From Candidatus Cloacimonadales bacterium (GTDB taxonomy: Bacteria; Cloacimonadota; Cloacimonadia; Cloacimonadales; JAFGVF01): a stretch of DNA of 64,000 bases. Of this stretch, positions 29,301 through 38,862 are shown piece by piece; positions within the stretch are counted from its first letter, which is position 1; the number at the start of each line of letters is the position of its first letter. The translations under genes were made by a program, and so were the position numbers. Location of the stretch: the NCBI GenBank assembly GCA_963678315.1, contig OY782781.1:2368001-2432000 (forward strand), read 5' to 3'. The notes under the pieces are model-generated. The model saw nothing but the letters and a program-made list of their open reading frames with translations. It did no database searches and had not been told where the DNA came from.

Positions 29301-30489
29301 CTCGTTTCCTCACTAATCCATTTTCTGGAATTTTTTCATTGAGTTCAATATAAGAACAAGTATTAGGTTTTGTAAATGGAATTTCTTGCATATCCTCACT
29401 AAATATTTTTTCAACAGTGATTTTTATATCATCATCTATATCAGGGAATATTATTTCAATTTCATCACCAACTACAAATTTGTTTAGTATTTGAATTTTT
29501 ACAAGCCTTCCTTCTTGATGAAGAACCTTACCAATAAATTTATAGTCTCTAATATATGCTGAATTCTCATAGTATTGAGTTTCAGTATCGTTAAAGCCGT
29601 CAAAGAAAGCTTCAGTATAAACCCTATGCGAAACATTATTTAGTTCTGCTATTAATTTATCTGTTAAGTCTTTCCCTTCTTGCAAGTATTCCAGAGCCTT
29701 TCGGTAAACTCTCACAACATTACTTACGTAATATAATGATTTCATTCTGCCCTCTATCTTGATACTCTCAATACCAACATCACAAATTTCTTTTAACCTA
29801 TTAATCAAAGAAAGGTCTTTGGAATTCATTATATAAGTACCAAATTCATCTTCAGTTATTGGAAAATACTCATTGGGACGTGTTTCTTCGACGAGATGAT
29901 ATTTCCATCTACATGGTTGTGTACAAGCTCCTAAATTAGCAGAACGATTGTTAAAGAATGCAGATAATAAACATCTTCCAGAATAAGCAATGCACATTGC
30001 CCCATGGACAAACATTTCTAATTCAACATTGGGAAGCTTAGCTTTCATTTCAACTATTTCTTTGAAAGAAAGTTCTCTAGCTAATATAACTCTAGAAGCA
30101 CCTTGTTTATTCCAGAAGTCAGCACTTTTCCATGAAACAACATTTGCTTGTGTACTAATATGTATTTCTAGGTTAGTTTCTTCTTTTACAACTTGAAACA
30201 CTCCCGGGTCAGAGACAATTAAAGCATCAACACCGATTTCCTCTAAGGTCTTTACATATTCAGGTAAACCTTCAATATGTTGATTATGAGCGAATATATT
30301 AACTGTTACATATAGTTTTTTATCCCTTTCATGACAAAAAGCTACAGCTTCTTTTAATTCTTCAAGTGTTAAGTTTCCAGCTTTTGCTCTAAGACCATAT
30401 CTATCTGTTGCAGTATAAACTGCATCAGCTCCATACATAATAGCAAACTTTAGCTTATCAAGAGTTCCTGCAGGTGCTAATAATTCCAT
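29293..30489 (-). CDS. U32-family peptidase-like protein (tRNA hydroxylase TrhP-like)
   Basis: ELLAPAG, GADAVY, HISTQAN, HGAMCIAYSGRCLLS, CTQPCRW, KIEGRMKS. Confidence 0.9.
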   Translation of the reverse strand: MELLAPAGTLDKLKFAIMYGADAVYTATDRYGLRAKAGNLTLEELKEAVAFCHERDKKLYVTVNIFAHNQHIEGLPEYVKTLEEIGVDALIVSDPGVFQVVKEETNLEIHISTQANVVSWKSADFWNKQGASRVILARELSFKEIVEMKAKLPNVELEMFVHGAMCIAYSGRCLLSAFFNNRSANLGACTQPCRWKYHLVEETRPNEYFPITEDEFGTYIMNSKDLSLINRLKEICDVGIESIKIEGRMKSLYYVSNVVRVYRKALEYLQEGKDLTDKLIAELNNVSHRVYTEAFFDGFNDTETQYYENSAYIRDYKFIGKVLHQEGRLVKIQILNKFVVGDEIEIIFPDIDDDIKITVEKIFSEDMQEIPFTKPNTCSYIELNEKIPENGLVRKRDE

Positions 30490-30503
30490 ATTATCTCTTT
30501 ATT

Positions 30504-31763
30504 TTAGTTACTCATTGATTTCAAGAAATCATTATTGGTTTTGCTTGATAACATTTTCTTTCTGAGTGTTTCAATACCTTGAGCAGGACTCATAGTTTTT
30601 AGGAATTTCCTTAAGATGAACATTCTATTTCTTTCCATGTCTGTAAGAAGAAGTTCCTCTCTTCTTGTTCCTGATTTAACAAGATCAATTGCCGGATAAA
30701 GTCTCATATCACTGATAGATCTATCAAGAATAATATCCATATTACCAGTACCTTTAAACTCTTCAAAGATAACTTGGTCCATTCTAGAACCTGTATCAAC
30801 TAAAGCAGTTGAGATAATTGTTAAAGATCCAGATTCAACTGTATCACGAGCAGCACCAAAGAACTTTTTAGGTTTAGTTAAACCATTAGCATCAATACCA
30901 CCAGAAAGTACTTTACCAGAAGATGGTTGAACATTGTTGTAAGCACGAGCTAAACGTGTTATAGAATCCAGAACAATTACAACATCTTTACCTAATTCAC
31001 ACATTCTCTTTGCTTTATTTAAGACCATTTCGGCAACAGCAATGTGACTCTTAGGGCTTTCATCAAATGTTGAGCTTACTACTTCTCGATTACCTTCTTT
31101 AAGAATCTTTCTCATATCAGTAACTTCTTCAGGACGTTCATCAATAAGCAGCACAATCAATTGCATTTCAGGATGATTGGTCAATATAGCATTAGCAATA
31201 TTTTGAAGCAAAATTGTCTTACCAGTCCTAGGTGCAGCAACAATCAAACCCCTCTGTCCCATACCGATAGGAGTGAATAAATTAATAATTCTTGTCGATA
31301 AATCATTTTGACCTGTTTCTAGATTAATCTTTTGAGTTGGGTAGTAAGGAGTTAAGTTATCAAAGTGTTTTGATTCTAAAGCTTTTTGAGGTGTATCATC
31401 ATTTATTGCATCAACTCTCAATAAAGCGTAGTATTTTTCCCCTTCTTTTGGAGATCTTACTGGACCAGCAATCATATGACCTGGTTTTAAATTAAATCTT
31501 TTAACCTGTGTTAAAGAAACATATACATCATCTCTACCAGGTAGGTAGTTATTGTGTTGGAATCTTAAAAATCCATACCCATCAACTGTTAATTCTAAGC
31601 AACCAATAACAAACGCTAAGCCTTCTTGAGAAGCATTGAATTCGAGGATTGAGTATATTAATTCTAGTTTTTTCATTGAGCTGTAGCCAGTTAAACCACT
31701 CTCTTTTGCTAATTTATTTAGTTCGGGTACTGTCTTTTCAAAAATATCTTCGTATTTTTTCAT
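30504..31763 (-). CDS. rho: Transcription termination factor Rho
   Basis: [52 protein letters not shown]. Confidence 0.98.
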   Translation of the reverse strand: MKKYEDIFEKTVPELNKLAKESGLTGYSSMKKLELIYSILEFNASQEGLAFVIGCLELTVDGYGFLRFQHNNYLPGRDDVYVSLTQVKRFNLKPGHMIAGPVRSPKEGEKYYALLRVDAINDDTPQKALESKHFDNLTPYYPTQKINLETGQNDLSTRIINLFTPIGMGQRGLIVAAPRTGKTILLQNIANAILTNHPEMQLIVLLIDERPEEVTDMRKILKEGNREVVSSTFDESPKSHIAVAEMVLNKAKRMCELGKDVVIVLDSITRLARAYNNVQPSSGKVLSGGIDANGLTKPKKFFGAARDTVESGSLTIISTALVDTGSRMDQVIFEEFKGTGNMDIILDRSISDMRLYPAIDLVKSGTRREELLLTDMERNRMFILRKFLKTMSPAQGIETLRKKMLSSKTNNDFLKSMSN

Positions 31764-31820
31764 TGATTCTCCTAAGAGGTTATTATATTAATTGTTTGTT
31801 TTAAATGTTTAAGATCAAGG

Positions 31821-31896
<76 letters not shown>

Positions 31897-32101
31897 ACAC
31901 TTAGGTTTTAAAAAATTCAGTTTACGTTTAATGTCAATGATTTTATCATACTTTTTTATCTATTACATTGTTTTAGTAAATTAATTAATTATTAACTTAT
32001 TGTTTATTTTCAACACTAACATATAGTTATATAGAATTATAGTTACAAAAGCTCAAATATCTATTTTTGTCAATTTTTTTCATAATTTATTATATAGTCT
32101 T

Positions 32102-33334
32102 TTATTCTTTCCATTCTAATGCCACCTTTTTCCCCCTATATTCATTAACTAACTGTAGTATAACAAAGCCAACTATGAAGAAAGGGATTACTGTTAGTAT
32201 TGAATATCGGATATCGCCAGTCCATTTTTTTACAAGTCCAAACAAGAGAGGACCAACAATTGCTGACATTCTACCCGTAACATTGTAGAAGCCAAAGAAT
32301 TCAGCATGTTTTGTAGCTGGAGTTAAGGAGGCAAGCATTGCTCTGCTGTTAGCTTGAGTTGACCCAATAGCAAATCCTGCTAGAAGTATTACAGCATAAT
32401 AATCTTTCTTTGATGGAGATAAGAATGCCCATACTATTACCGCAAGCCAGATTAATAGACAAATTGATAATGTTTTATTATGTCCAATTTTATCAGCAAT
32501 AAATCCAAAGATGAAAGCTCCCAGTACTGAAGTTATTTGGGCAAATATGAAAACTTGTATAGATTCAGAAATATCCATGCCGTAGCGTTCTTGGCCATAA
32601 ATCATTGTAAAACCAATAGCCGTTGCAATGGCATCATTATATAAGAAATAGGAGAGCAAGAAGTTTCGTAGGTCTCTGAAGCTTCTTATAGATTTAAATG
32701 AACTAACTATTCTCTGATAGGCAATTCTAAAGTAGTTAGATCTTTTAGAAGGCCTTTTAAACTCTTTCAATAGAACAAAGGTAATTATAGCAATAGAGCC
32801 ATAAAATACTCCGACCATGGGAAAAACAAATCTTGTCATTCCTGCTTTATGGAGGCCAAGTGCAGCAAACAATGAAACTAAACCACCAACATAACCAAAT
32901 GCCCAACCAAAACCTGAGACTTTTCCAAGGTGTTCAGGCTCTGCTATTTCTGGTAAAAAGGAATCATAAAATACATTTGCCGAATGGAAGCCAAAGTTTG
33001 CCAGTATGAAAAATAACATACCTGTAAATATAGAGCCAGGTCCCACAAATCCTAAAAGTAGGGTAAATATAACAGATAAATAAGTATTATAAAATAAGAA
33101 CTTCTTTTTAGCTCTTGAAAAATCTGCTATAGCACCAAAGATTGGAGCAGAGATGGCCACCATAAACATTGAGATAGCTAGACATATTCCCCACAAGAAG
33201 CTTCCGTCAGCCCTATCCCCTACAACCTGATTTTTAAAATATACACTATAGACCACTGTAACAATGATAGTTGTAAAGGAAGAATTAGCAAAATCATAAG
33301 CCATCCATCCAAAAATATTTTTAGTCATTTTCAC
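32102..33334 (-). CDS. MFS transporter (UMF1/Atg22-like)
   Basis: WMAYDFANSSF, FYDSFLPEI, about 12 hydrophobic segments. Confidence 0.88.
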   Translation of the reverse strand: MKMTKNIFGWMAYDFANSSFTTIIVTVVYSVYFKNQVVGDRADGSFLWGICLAISMFMVAISAPIFGAIADFSRAKKKFLFYNTYLSVIFTLLLGFVGPGSIFTGMLFFILANFGFHSANVFYDSFLPEIAEPEHLGKVSGFGWAFGYVGGLVSLFAALGLHKAGMTRFVFPMVGVFYGSIAIITFVLLKEFKRPSKRSNYFRIAYQRIVSSFKSIRSFRDLRNFLLSYFLYNDAIATAIGFTMIYGQERYGMDISESIQVFIFAQITSVLGAFIFGFIADKIGHNKTLSICLLIWLAVIVWAFLSPSKKDYYAVILLAGFAIGSTQANSRAMLASLTPATKHAEFFGFYNVTGRMSAIVGPLLFGLVKKWTGDIRYSILTVIPFFIVGFVILQLVNEYRGKKVALEWKE

Positions 33335-34400
33335 TATTCGACATTTCCTCTTCTAATTGAATTTCCTGAAAGTTGAATTTCTTATACACACTTGTATTTG
33401 GTGTTGCTATCAAAATTTGATGACTATTATCTAATAAACTAAAAATTTTATCTACTCTTTCAGAATCTAACTCAGAAAGAGCATCATCAAAAATAATCAT
33501 TGGAGCAATATCTTGACTATCTTGAATCATTCTTAACTGAGCAAATCTCATAGCAATTGCTAGTGAACGCTTCTGACCTTGAGAAGAATATCGCTTTGCT
33601 AAAAAGCCATTTATTTTTAATTCATATTCGTCAAGATGAGGACCGATTACAGACCTTCCATTATCAAATTCATCCTGCTTATGTTTCTTTAAATATTCAC
33701 TTATATAGTCTTTTTCATAAACTAGCTTGTTATGAGCACTATAATCAATCTCTATAGACTCTTGAGCATCAGTAATCGTATTTAATATTTCTTCAGTAAA
33801 TTGAACAAATTTATTTAAATAATTAATCCGATAATCATAAACTTCTATTGATTTTTCGATAAATTTTTGAGTCCATATATCATAAGCAGACATATCATTA
33901 TTGCTTTTTAAGATAGTATTTCTTTGTTCTAAAAGCCTATAGTAATCACGAATTGTTTCACTATACATGATTGATGTTTGGGTTATTGCCTGATCGAAAA
34001 AAGATCTTCGCTTCAATCTTGTTCCATTTATCAGCCATATATCTTCAGCTGAGAAATACACAACTCTTACATAACTATATAGACTCGAGATTCTTGAAAT
34101 TGGCTCACTATTTAATTTTATTTTCTTTTTATTGTTGCTGAAGTCTATACTAAAATTGTAGTCTTGCTGATTATTTCGAAAAATTGCCCTGATTTTAAAC
34201 TGTTTTTCGTCAAAATTTATCAAATCAGAATCTACAGATTGTTTAACTGATTTGCCAAAAGCAGAATAACAAATAGCCTCCAGAAGGTTGGTTTTTCCAA
34301 TACCATTTTTACCGGTTATAATACAACCTTCTGGAGAAAACTTAAAAGATTTTGCTCTATAATTTCTATAATTTTCTAATCTAATTTCTTTTATATACAC
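33321..34400 (-). CDS. recF: DNA replication/repair protein RecF
   Basis: NYRNY, GKNGIGKTNLLEAI, GPHLDE, SQGQKR, DDALSELD. Confidence 0.93.
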   Translation of the reverse strand: MYIKEIRLENYRNYRAKSFKFSPEGCIITGKNGIGKTNLLEAICYSAFGKSVKQSVDSDLINFDEKQFKIRAIFRNNQQDYNFSIDFSNNKKKIKLNSEPISRISSLYSYVRVVYFSAEDIWLINGTRLKRRSFFDQAITQTSIMYSETIRDYYRLLEQRNTILKSNNDMSAYDIWTQKFIEKSIEVYDYRINYLNKFVQFTEEILNTITDAQESIEIDYSAHNKLVYEKDYISEYLKKHKQDEFDNGRSVIGPHLDEYELKINGFLAKRYSSQGQKRSLAIAMRFAQLRMIQDSQDIAPMIIFDDALSELDSERVDKIFSLLDNSHQILIATPNTSVYKKFNFQEIQLEEEMSNSEND

Positions 34401-35548
34401 TAATTTCTAGATATTCTTAAAGGCATTAACAGATATCTTAACAATTCTCCATCAGCATCTTTTTCATTATAGAATAATGCTGGTTTCTTTGGATCGCCAA
34501 GACATATTTTAACATTTTCGGTATCTATACAATCCAATATAGAAGTTAAGAATTTAAAGTTGAAAGCTATATTTATGTCATCACCAGTGTATTTTATTCC
34601 ATTAATACACTCTGTAGCTCCCCCTTTTTCATCGTTAGATGTTGATAGTTCTAGAGATGAGCCCTTTATGTTGAACAATATTTTAAAACTATCTGTAGGA
34701 GCGAGTAATGAGATTCTCTTTATTGCTTGTCTTAATTGATTTTTATCTAGAAGCAATTCATTTGGTAATGATTCAGGGAATACTTTTGTGTAATCAGGGA
34801 ACTTACTGTTAATCAAATGAGAGAATATTATAAAGTTTCTATATTGGAAAATAACTCTGTTCTGACCGATTTCAGCTTTAAGAACATTTCCCTCTTCATT
34901 GATTATTTTTTGTAAGAAGTTTATACCACCTGTAGGTAAAACTATTTTTATCATATCAGTCTTTTCGTCTTCGCTGTCCTTGAGCTCAATTGGACTAGTT
35001 TCAATTGACATTTGGGCTATCTTCTTACTATCTGTGGCAACCATAGTTTGCTTATTAGAAGTAATTTCCCATAATATTCCTGAAAATACAGATTGATGTT
35101 GTTCTCTAGATACTGCCACAATTGTCTTATTAATCATTTTAATAAATTCATTTGCTTTAAAATTTATAGCATTATCGAATTTAGCTTCTGGGATTAATGG
35201 GAAATTAGAATATTCAGATAAGTTCAAGGTAAAATCGATATTCTGACAGTGAATCTTTAGTAAATCATTTTCAGTCGCAAATGATATTTGCTGATTAGGT
35301 AATACAGCCACGATCTCATTTAGTTCTTTTGCTGTTATAGCAATTGTTCCTGCTTCCATAACAGTAGCATTGAATGTTACTATTACCGTAATTTTTAGGT
35401 CTGTAGTTGTTATCTTTACAATGTTCTCCATTTCATTAGCTTCGATTAAGTAATTAGTCAATATTGGCATTGTATTCTTTGTAGGAACTACATGTGATAG
35501 ATGCTGTATATTAGATAACAAATCTTCTTTATCTATTAAAAATTTCAT
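34400..35548 (-). CDS. dnaN: DNA polymerase III beta clamp
   Basis: TMPILTN, TTDL, VATDS, FPDY, IAFN-K, YLLMPLR. Confidence 0.95.
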   Translation of the reverse strand: MKFLIDKEDLLSNIQHLSHVVPTKNTMPILTNYLIEANEMENIVKITTTDLKITVIVTFNATVMEAGTIAITAKELNEIVAVLPNQQISFATENDLLKIHCQNIDFTLNLSEYSNFPLIPEAKFDNAINFKANEFIKMINKTIVAVSREQHQSVFSGILWEITSNKQTMVATDSKKIAQMSIETSPIELKDSEDEKTDMIKIVLPTGGINFLQKIINEEGNVLKAEIGQNRVIFQYRNFIIFSHLINSKFPDYTKVFPESLPNELLLDKNQLRQAIKRISLLAPTDSFKILFNIKGSSLELSTSNDEKGGATECINGIKYTGDDINIAFNFKFLTSILDCIDTENVKICLGDPKKPALFYNEKDADGELLRYLLMPLRISRN

Positions 35549-35761
35549 TATTTCCCCTTTATTATCTTTATATATTTATTTAAATTAAATTTGTTTTCAT
35601 CTTATATCAAGTCAAGGAAAATATCTAATTTCTGCATTGGAGTATTTTAAGTATGCCCTTATCAAGCTTCTGCGTTAGTAAACATTTTATAACAGAAACT
35701 AGAAAGAAAATCCCGCTTATAGATAAGTTACTTATATTCTTTCCATCTTCCGAATAAAAGC

Positions 35762-36125
35762 CACCCTTACTTGCCTCCTTGAAAAAAAGCCGATTTTTCA
35801 AGGAGACCCTTAAGGAAGGAGTTAGGACATACTGGGAACGCCTGCTGCTAGAAGTGAGGAGTTAGATGGAGTGAATTGTAGAGACGAACGGCCGTTAGTC
35901 TAACCCCGAAGGGGTGGCATATACTAAGCATGGAGGCTTGCCCTCCATGTAATAGTTAAAAAATAAAAAAAGCCCTGAAAGGGCGACATAAAGGCTAAGC
36001 TTTATCTGCAAATAGAGAATTTTACCACGAAAAGCACGAATAACACGAAAAACAGTCAAATTATTTAGGACTGGACAAGTGTAAGCATCCACCGATAGGT
36101 TGAAGAAAATTCATGCTTACGCAAC
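35762..36125 (+). repeat. Composite modular intergenic repeat, copy 2
   Basis: Family B hairpin, GGAGTTAGG, GACATACTGGGAACGC, GTAGAGACG hairpin, CCCCGAAGGGG and GCCCTGAAAGGGC hairpins, CACGAA x3, full family A unit (about 36078-36122). Confidence 0.8.
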
Positions 36126-36173
36126 CCCTTAATACTTGTCAGATTAGCTTAGATAGATGGCCAAACTACTAAA

Positions 36174-36214
36174 TAAAAAAAGCACTGACCAACTTGGGGG
36201 TGTCAGCCAGTGCC
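36174..36214 (-). terminator. Rho-independent terminator downstream of msrAB
   Basis: GGCACTGGCTGAC-ACCCCCAA-GTTGGTCAGTGC then T-run on the minus strand. Confidence 0.7.
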
Positions 36215-36243
36215 TAGGAGTTATTATTCAGCAGGGGAATATT

Positions 36244-37161
36244 TTAAAATCTTTTCTGGTAACTATGACAATAAGGCAGGCTTCCTTTCTTATCATAATA
36301 ATCTTGATGATAGTTCTCAGCTTTATAAAAATCTTCTGCTTTTATTAATTCAGTAGCAATATCATAGCCTTTGTTTTCTAGAATTTGGATTAATTTGTTA
36401 GTGATGTTCTTTTCTTCTTTGTTGTTGTAGAAAACAACTGATTTGTATTGTTGTCCAATATCTGGACCTTGCCCATTTACTTGAGTTGGATCATGGATTT
36501 CAAAGAAATACATAGCCAGTTCTTCAAAAGATATTTTGCTAGGATTATATACAACCTTAGTTGTTTCTATGTGACCAGTATCACCTCTTACTACTTCATA
36601 ATAGCCAGGATTCTTTACATGGCCTCCCATAAAGCCAACTTCTGTTGAAATTACACCCTCTTTCTTTTGAAAAAGGTATTCTACTCCCCAAAAGCAACCA
36701 CCTGCAAAATAAGCAGTAGCCTCTTCTTCAGAAACAGGAGTAAAGTTCATTGAAATAGAATTTACACAATGCCTTGTATTCTTTTCAGTGAAACCTTCTC
36801 CCCGGAAAACATGCCCTAAATGAGCCCCACAGTTAGCGCAAACTATTTCTGTTCTAATACCATCAGCATCAGGAATTTCTTTTACCTTTCCTTCAATAGC
36901 ATCATCAAAGCTAGGCCAGCCACATCCTGAAGAGAATTTTGTATCTGAATCAAACAGTTCTTGACCACACTTCTTACATGTGTAGGTTCCATCAGCATAA
37001 AAGTTGTTGTATTGACCAGAATAAGGCATCTCTGTACCCTTGTTCTCTATGACTCTTCTTTCTTCTGCTGTCAGTTCATTATATTCTATATTATTAGTCT
37101 CTTTACTTACAATCATCATCACTCCTAATAGTAGGAGAAAAACTATTATTAAAGCTTTCAT
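36244..37161 (-). CDS. msrAB: Bifunctional methionine sulfoxide reductase MsrB-MsrA with N-terminal signal/anchor
   Basis: KFSSGCGWPSF, HLGHVF, RHCVNS (MsrB); FAGGCFWG, AENYHQDY (MsrA). Confidence 0.95.
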   Translation of the reverse strand: MKALIIVFLLLLGVMMIVSKETNNIEYNELTAEERRVIENKGTEMPYSGQYNNFYADGTYTCKKCGQELFDSDTKFSSGCGWPSFDDAIEGKVKEIPDADGIRTEIVCANCGAHLGHVFRGEGFTEKNTRHCVNSISMNFTPVSEEEATAYFAGGCFWGVEYLFQKKEGVISTEVGFMGGHVKNPGYYEVVRGDTGHIETTKVVYNPSKISFEELAMYFFEIHDPTQVNGQGPDIGQQYKSVVFYNNKEEKNITNKLIQILENKGYDIATELIKAEDFYKAENYHQDYYDKKGSLPYCHSYQKRF

Positions 37162-37231
37162 CTTCTCCTCCGTTAGAATTATAATAATCTATTTTGCAGA
37201 AAGAGCAAATACCTTTTTTCTATCAAGCTAT

Positions 37232-38488
37232 TTAATTTATTTTATGGCCTATAAGTTCAATTCTGAATCTACTACCTTTATCTCGTTCACTATCCACCTT
37301 TATTGTAGCATTCATTTTATTTAGAAATTCTTTAGTTAGAATCAAACCTATTCCAGCACTTGATTCTCCATCGGTGCCTACCTTATGTTCTTCGTTATAA
37401 CTGAATAAGTTGTTTATTACATTTTGACTCATTCCGGTTCCACTATCTTCAATTATAATTACTTGTTTATCATTCTCAAGAAAAACTTGAATACGAATCT
37501 TACCTTGTTTACTGTTATACTTAATAGCATTAGAAATTAAGTTTCTAATAACAACTGTTATCATATTTTCATCAACACTTGTAAATGCTTGTAGACTTTC
37601 ATAGTTTTTTATTACTTCGATACTCTTGAGCCTTAGATGCTGTTTGAAATAGAACAAAACTTTTTCAATAACATTGATAACATCAACTATTTTCATTTCA
37701 GGATCTAACTGAAGAATATCATTTTTAGACCATGAAAGCAGATTTTCAAGTGTTTCATAGGAGGTAGATGCAGATTGACCTAAAGAAGATAAGATCTGCT
37801 TCAGACGATAATTATCATAAGAATCTAAGTCTTCAATGATAAGCTTTATAAATTCACTAATTGTGCCTATACTACCTCTAATGTCATGTGAAATCAGAGA
37901 TAAGAACTTTGATTTAGTATTGTTTGCTCTTTGCAATTCGAGATTCCTATCCTTTAAATCAATATTAAGGATTGTTACATTCAAGTCATTTTCAATATGT
38001 TGCTTCAGTTGATTAAGTAAATCTTCAAAGTCCTTATTATACTTGTTTTCTTTATTATCAAGAAAACAAACGGTACCAAAGACTTCTCCATCTGGCCAAT
38101 TAAGAGGAAAACCAAGATAGGATACCATATTTAAGCCAATATCAGGATTATTTTGGCTCCAGACACTGCTTTTTCTAGCATCAGCAACAAGAAGTTTTTG
38201 CTGACTACCAATAACTGTTTCACAATACAAACCATATACTAAATCAGCTTTCTCTCCTCTTTCATAAGGGTTTCCTTCAGTATTACTTTTCAAAAAAACT
38301 TCAATTGTATCCTCATTCAGTTTCATAATCAGACCAGAAGGTACTCCTACAATTCTAGCAGCTGTATCAATCAATGATTGCCATTTGTTAATTATAGACT
38401 CTTCAATTTCTGGCTTCAGCAATGAACTAATTCTTACTTGTTTAACTTGATTCTTGTCTCGAATATTAACTCTTGAATATCGTTCCAT
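37232..38488 (-). CDS. GAF-domain sensor histidine kinase
   Basis: SYLGFPLNWPDGEVFGTVC (GAF), ISHDIR (H box), NLISNAIKY, DSGTGM, GIGL. Confidence 0.9.
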   Translation of the reverse strand: MERYSRVNIRDKNQVKQVRISSLLKPEIEESIINKWQSLIDTAARIVGVPSGLIMKLNEDTIEVFLKSNTEGNPYERGEKADLVYGLYCETVIGSQQKLLVADARKSSVWSQNNPDIGLNMVSYLGFPLNWPDGEVFGTVCFLDNKENKYNKDFEDLLNQLKQHIENDLNVTILNIDLKDRNLELQRANNTKSKFLSLISHDIRGSIGTISEFIKLIIEDLDSYDNYRLKQILSSLGQSASTSYETLENLLSWSKNDILQLDPEMKIVDVINVIEKVLFYFKQHLRLKSIEVIKNYESLQAFTSVDENMITVVIRNLISNAIKYNSKQGKIRIQVFLENDKQVIIIEDSGTGMSQNVINNLFSYNEEHKVGTDGESSAGIGLILTKEFLNKMNATIKVDSERDKGSRFRIELIGHKIN

Positions 38489-38862
38489 AAGTAAAAAATC
38501 CTTATCTTGTATTGTGGGTTAAAATTTAATTGTTTGCGAGTTAAAGATTCAGTTCAGTAACTAAGCACATACATGAGATTTAGAAGTTATCTTTTTCATC
38601 CTTATATTCAAGGATAATTTTAACTATTTACTTAGATATATTATAAAGTAATTCTTTGCATAAAGCAAGTTAACACAGTATTTTTCTTTTTGCTTCTTTA
38701 GTTTAACCCATCTAATACATAGAGTTTCTAGTATAGTACTTATTATTTGGGTTTAAGTTGGATATATATCTTAATGAACTTTTTTATTGACAATAGAACT
38801 TATTTAACTATGATTAGATAAAGTCTATGGAAAATAACATATAATGAATAAAAGGAGTTTGC

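Noticed and set aside
35549..35760. oriC upstream of dnaN
   Set aside because: AT-rich, but I found no consensus DnaA boxes and dnaA is absent
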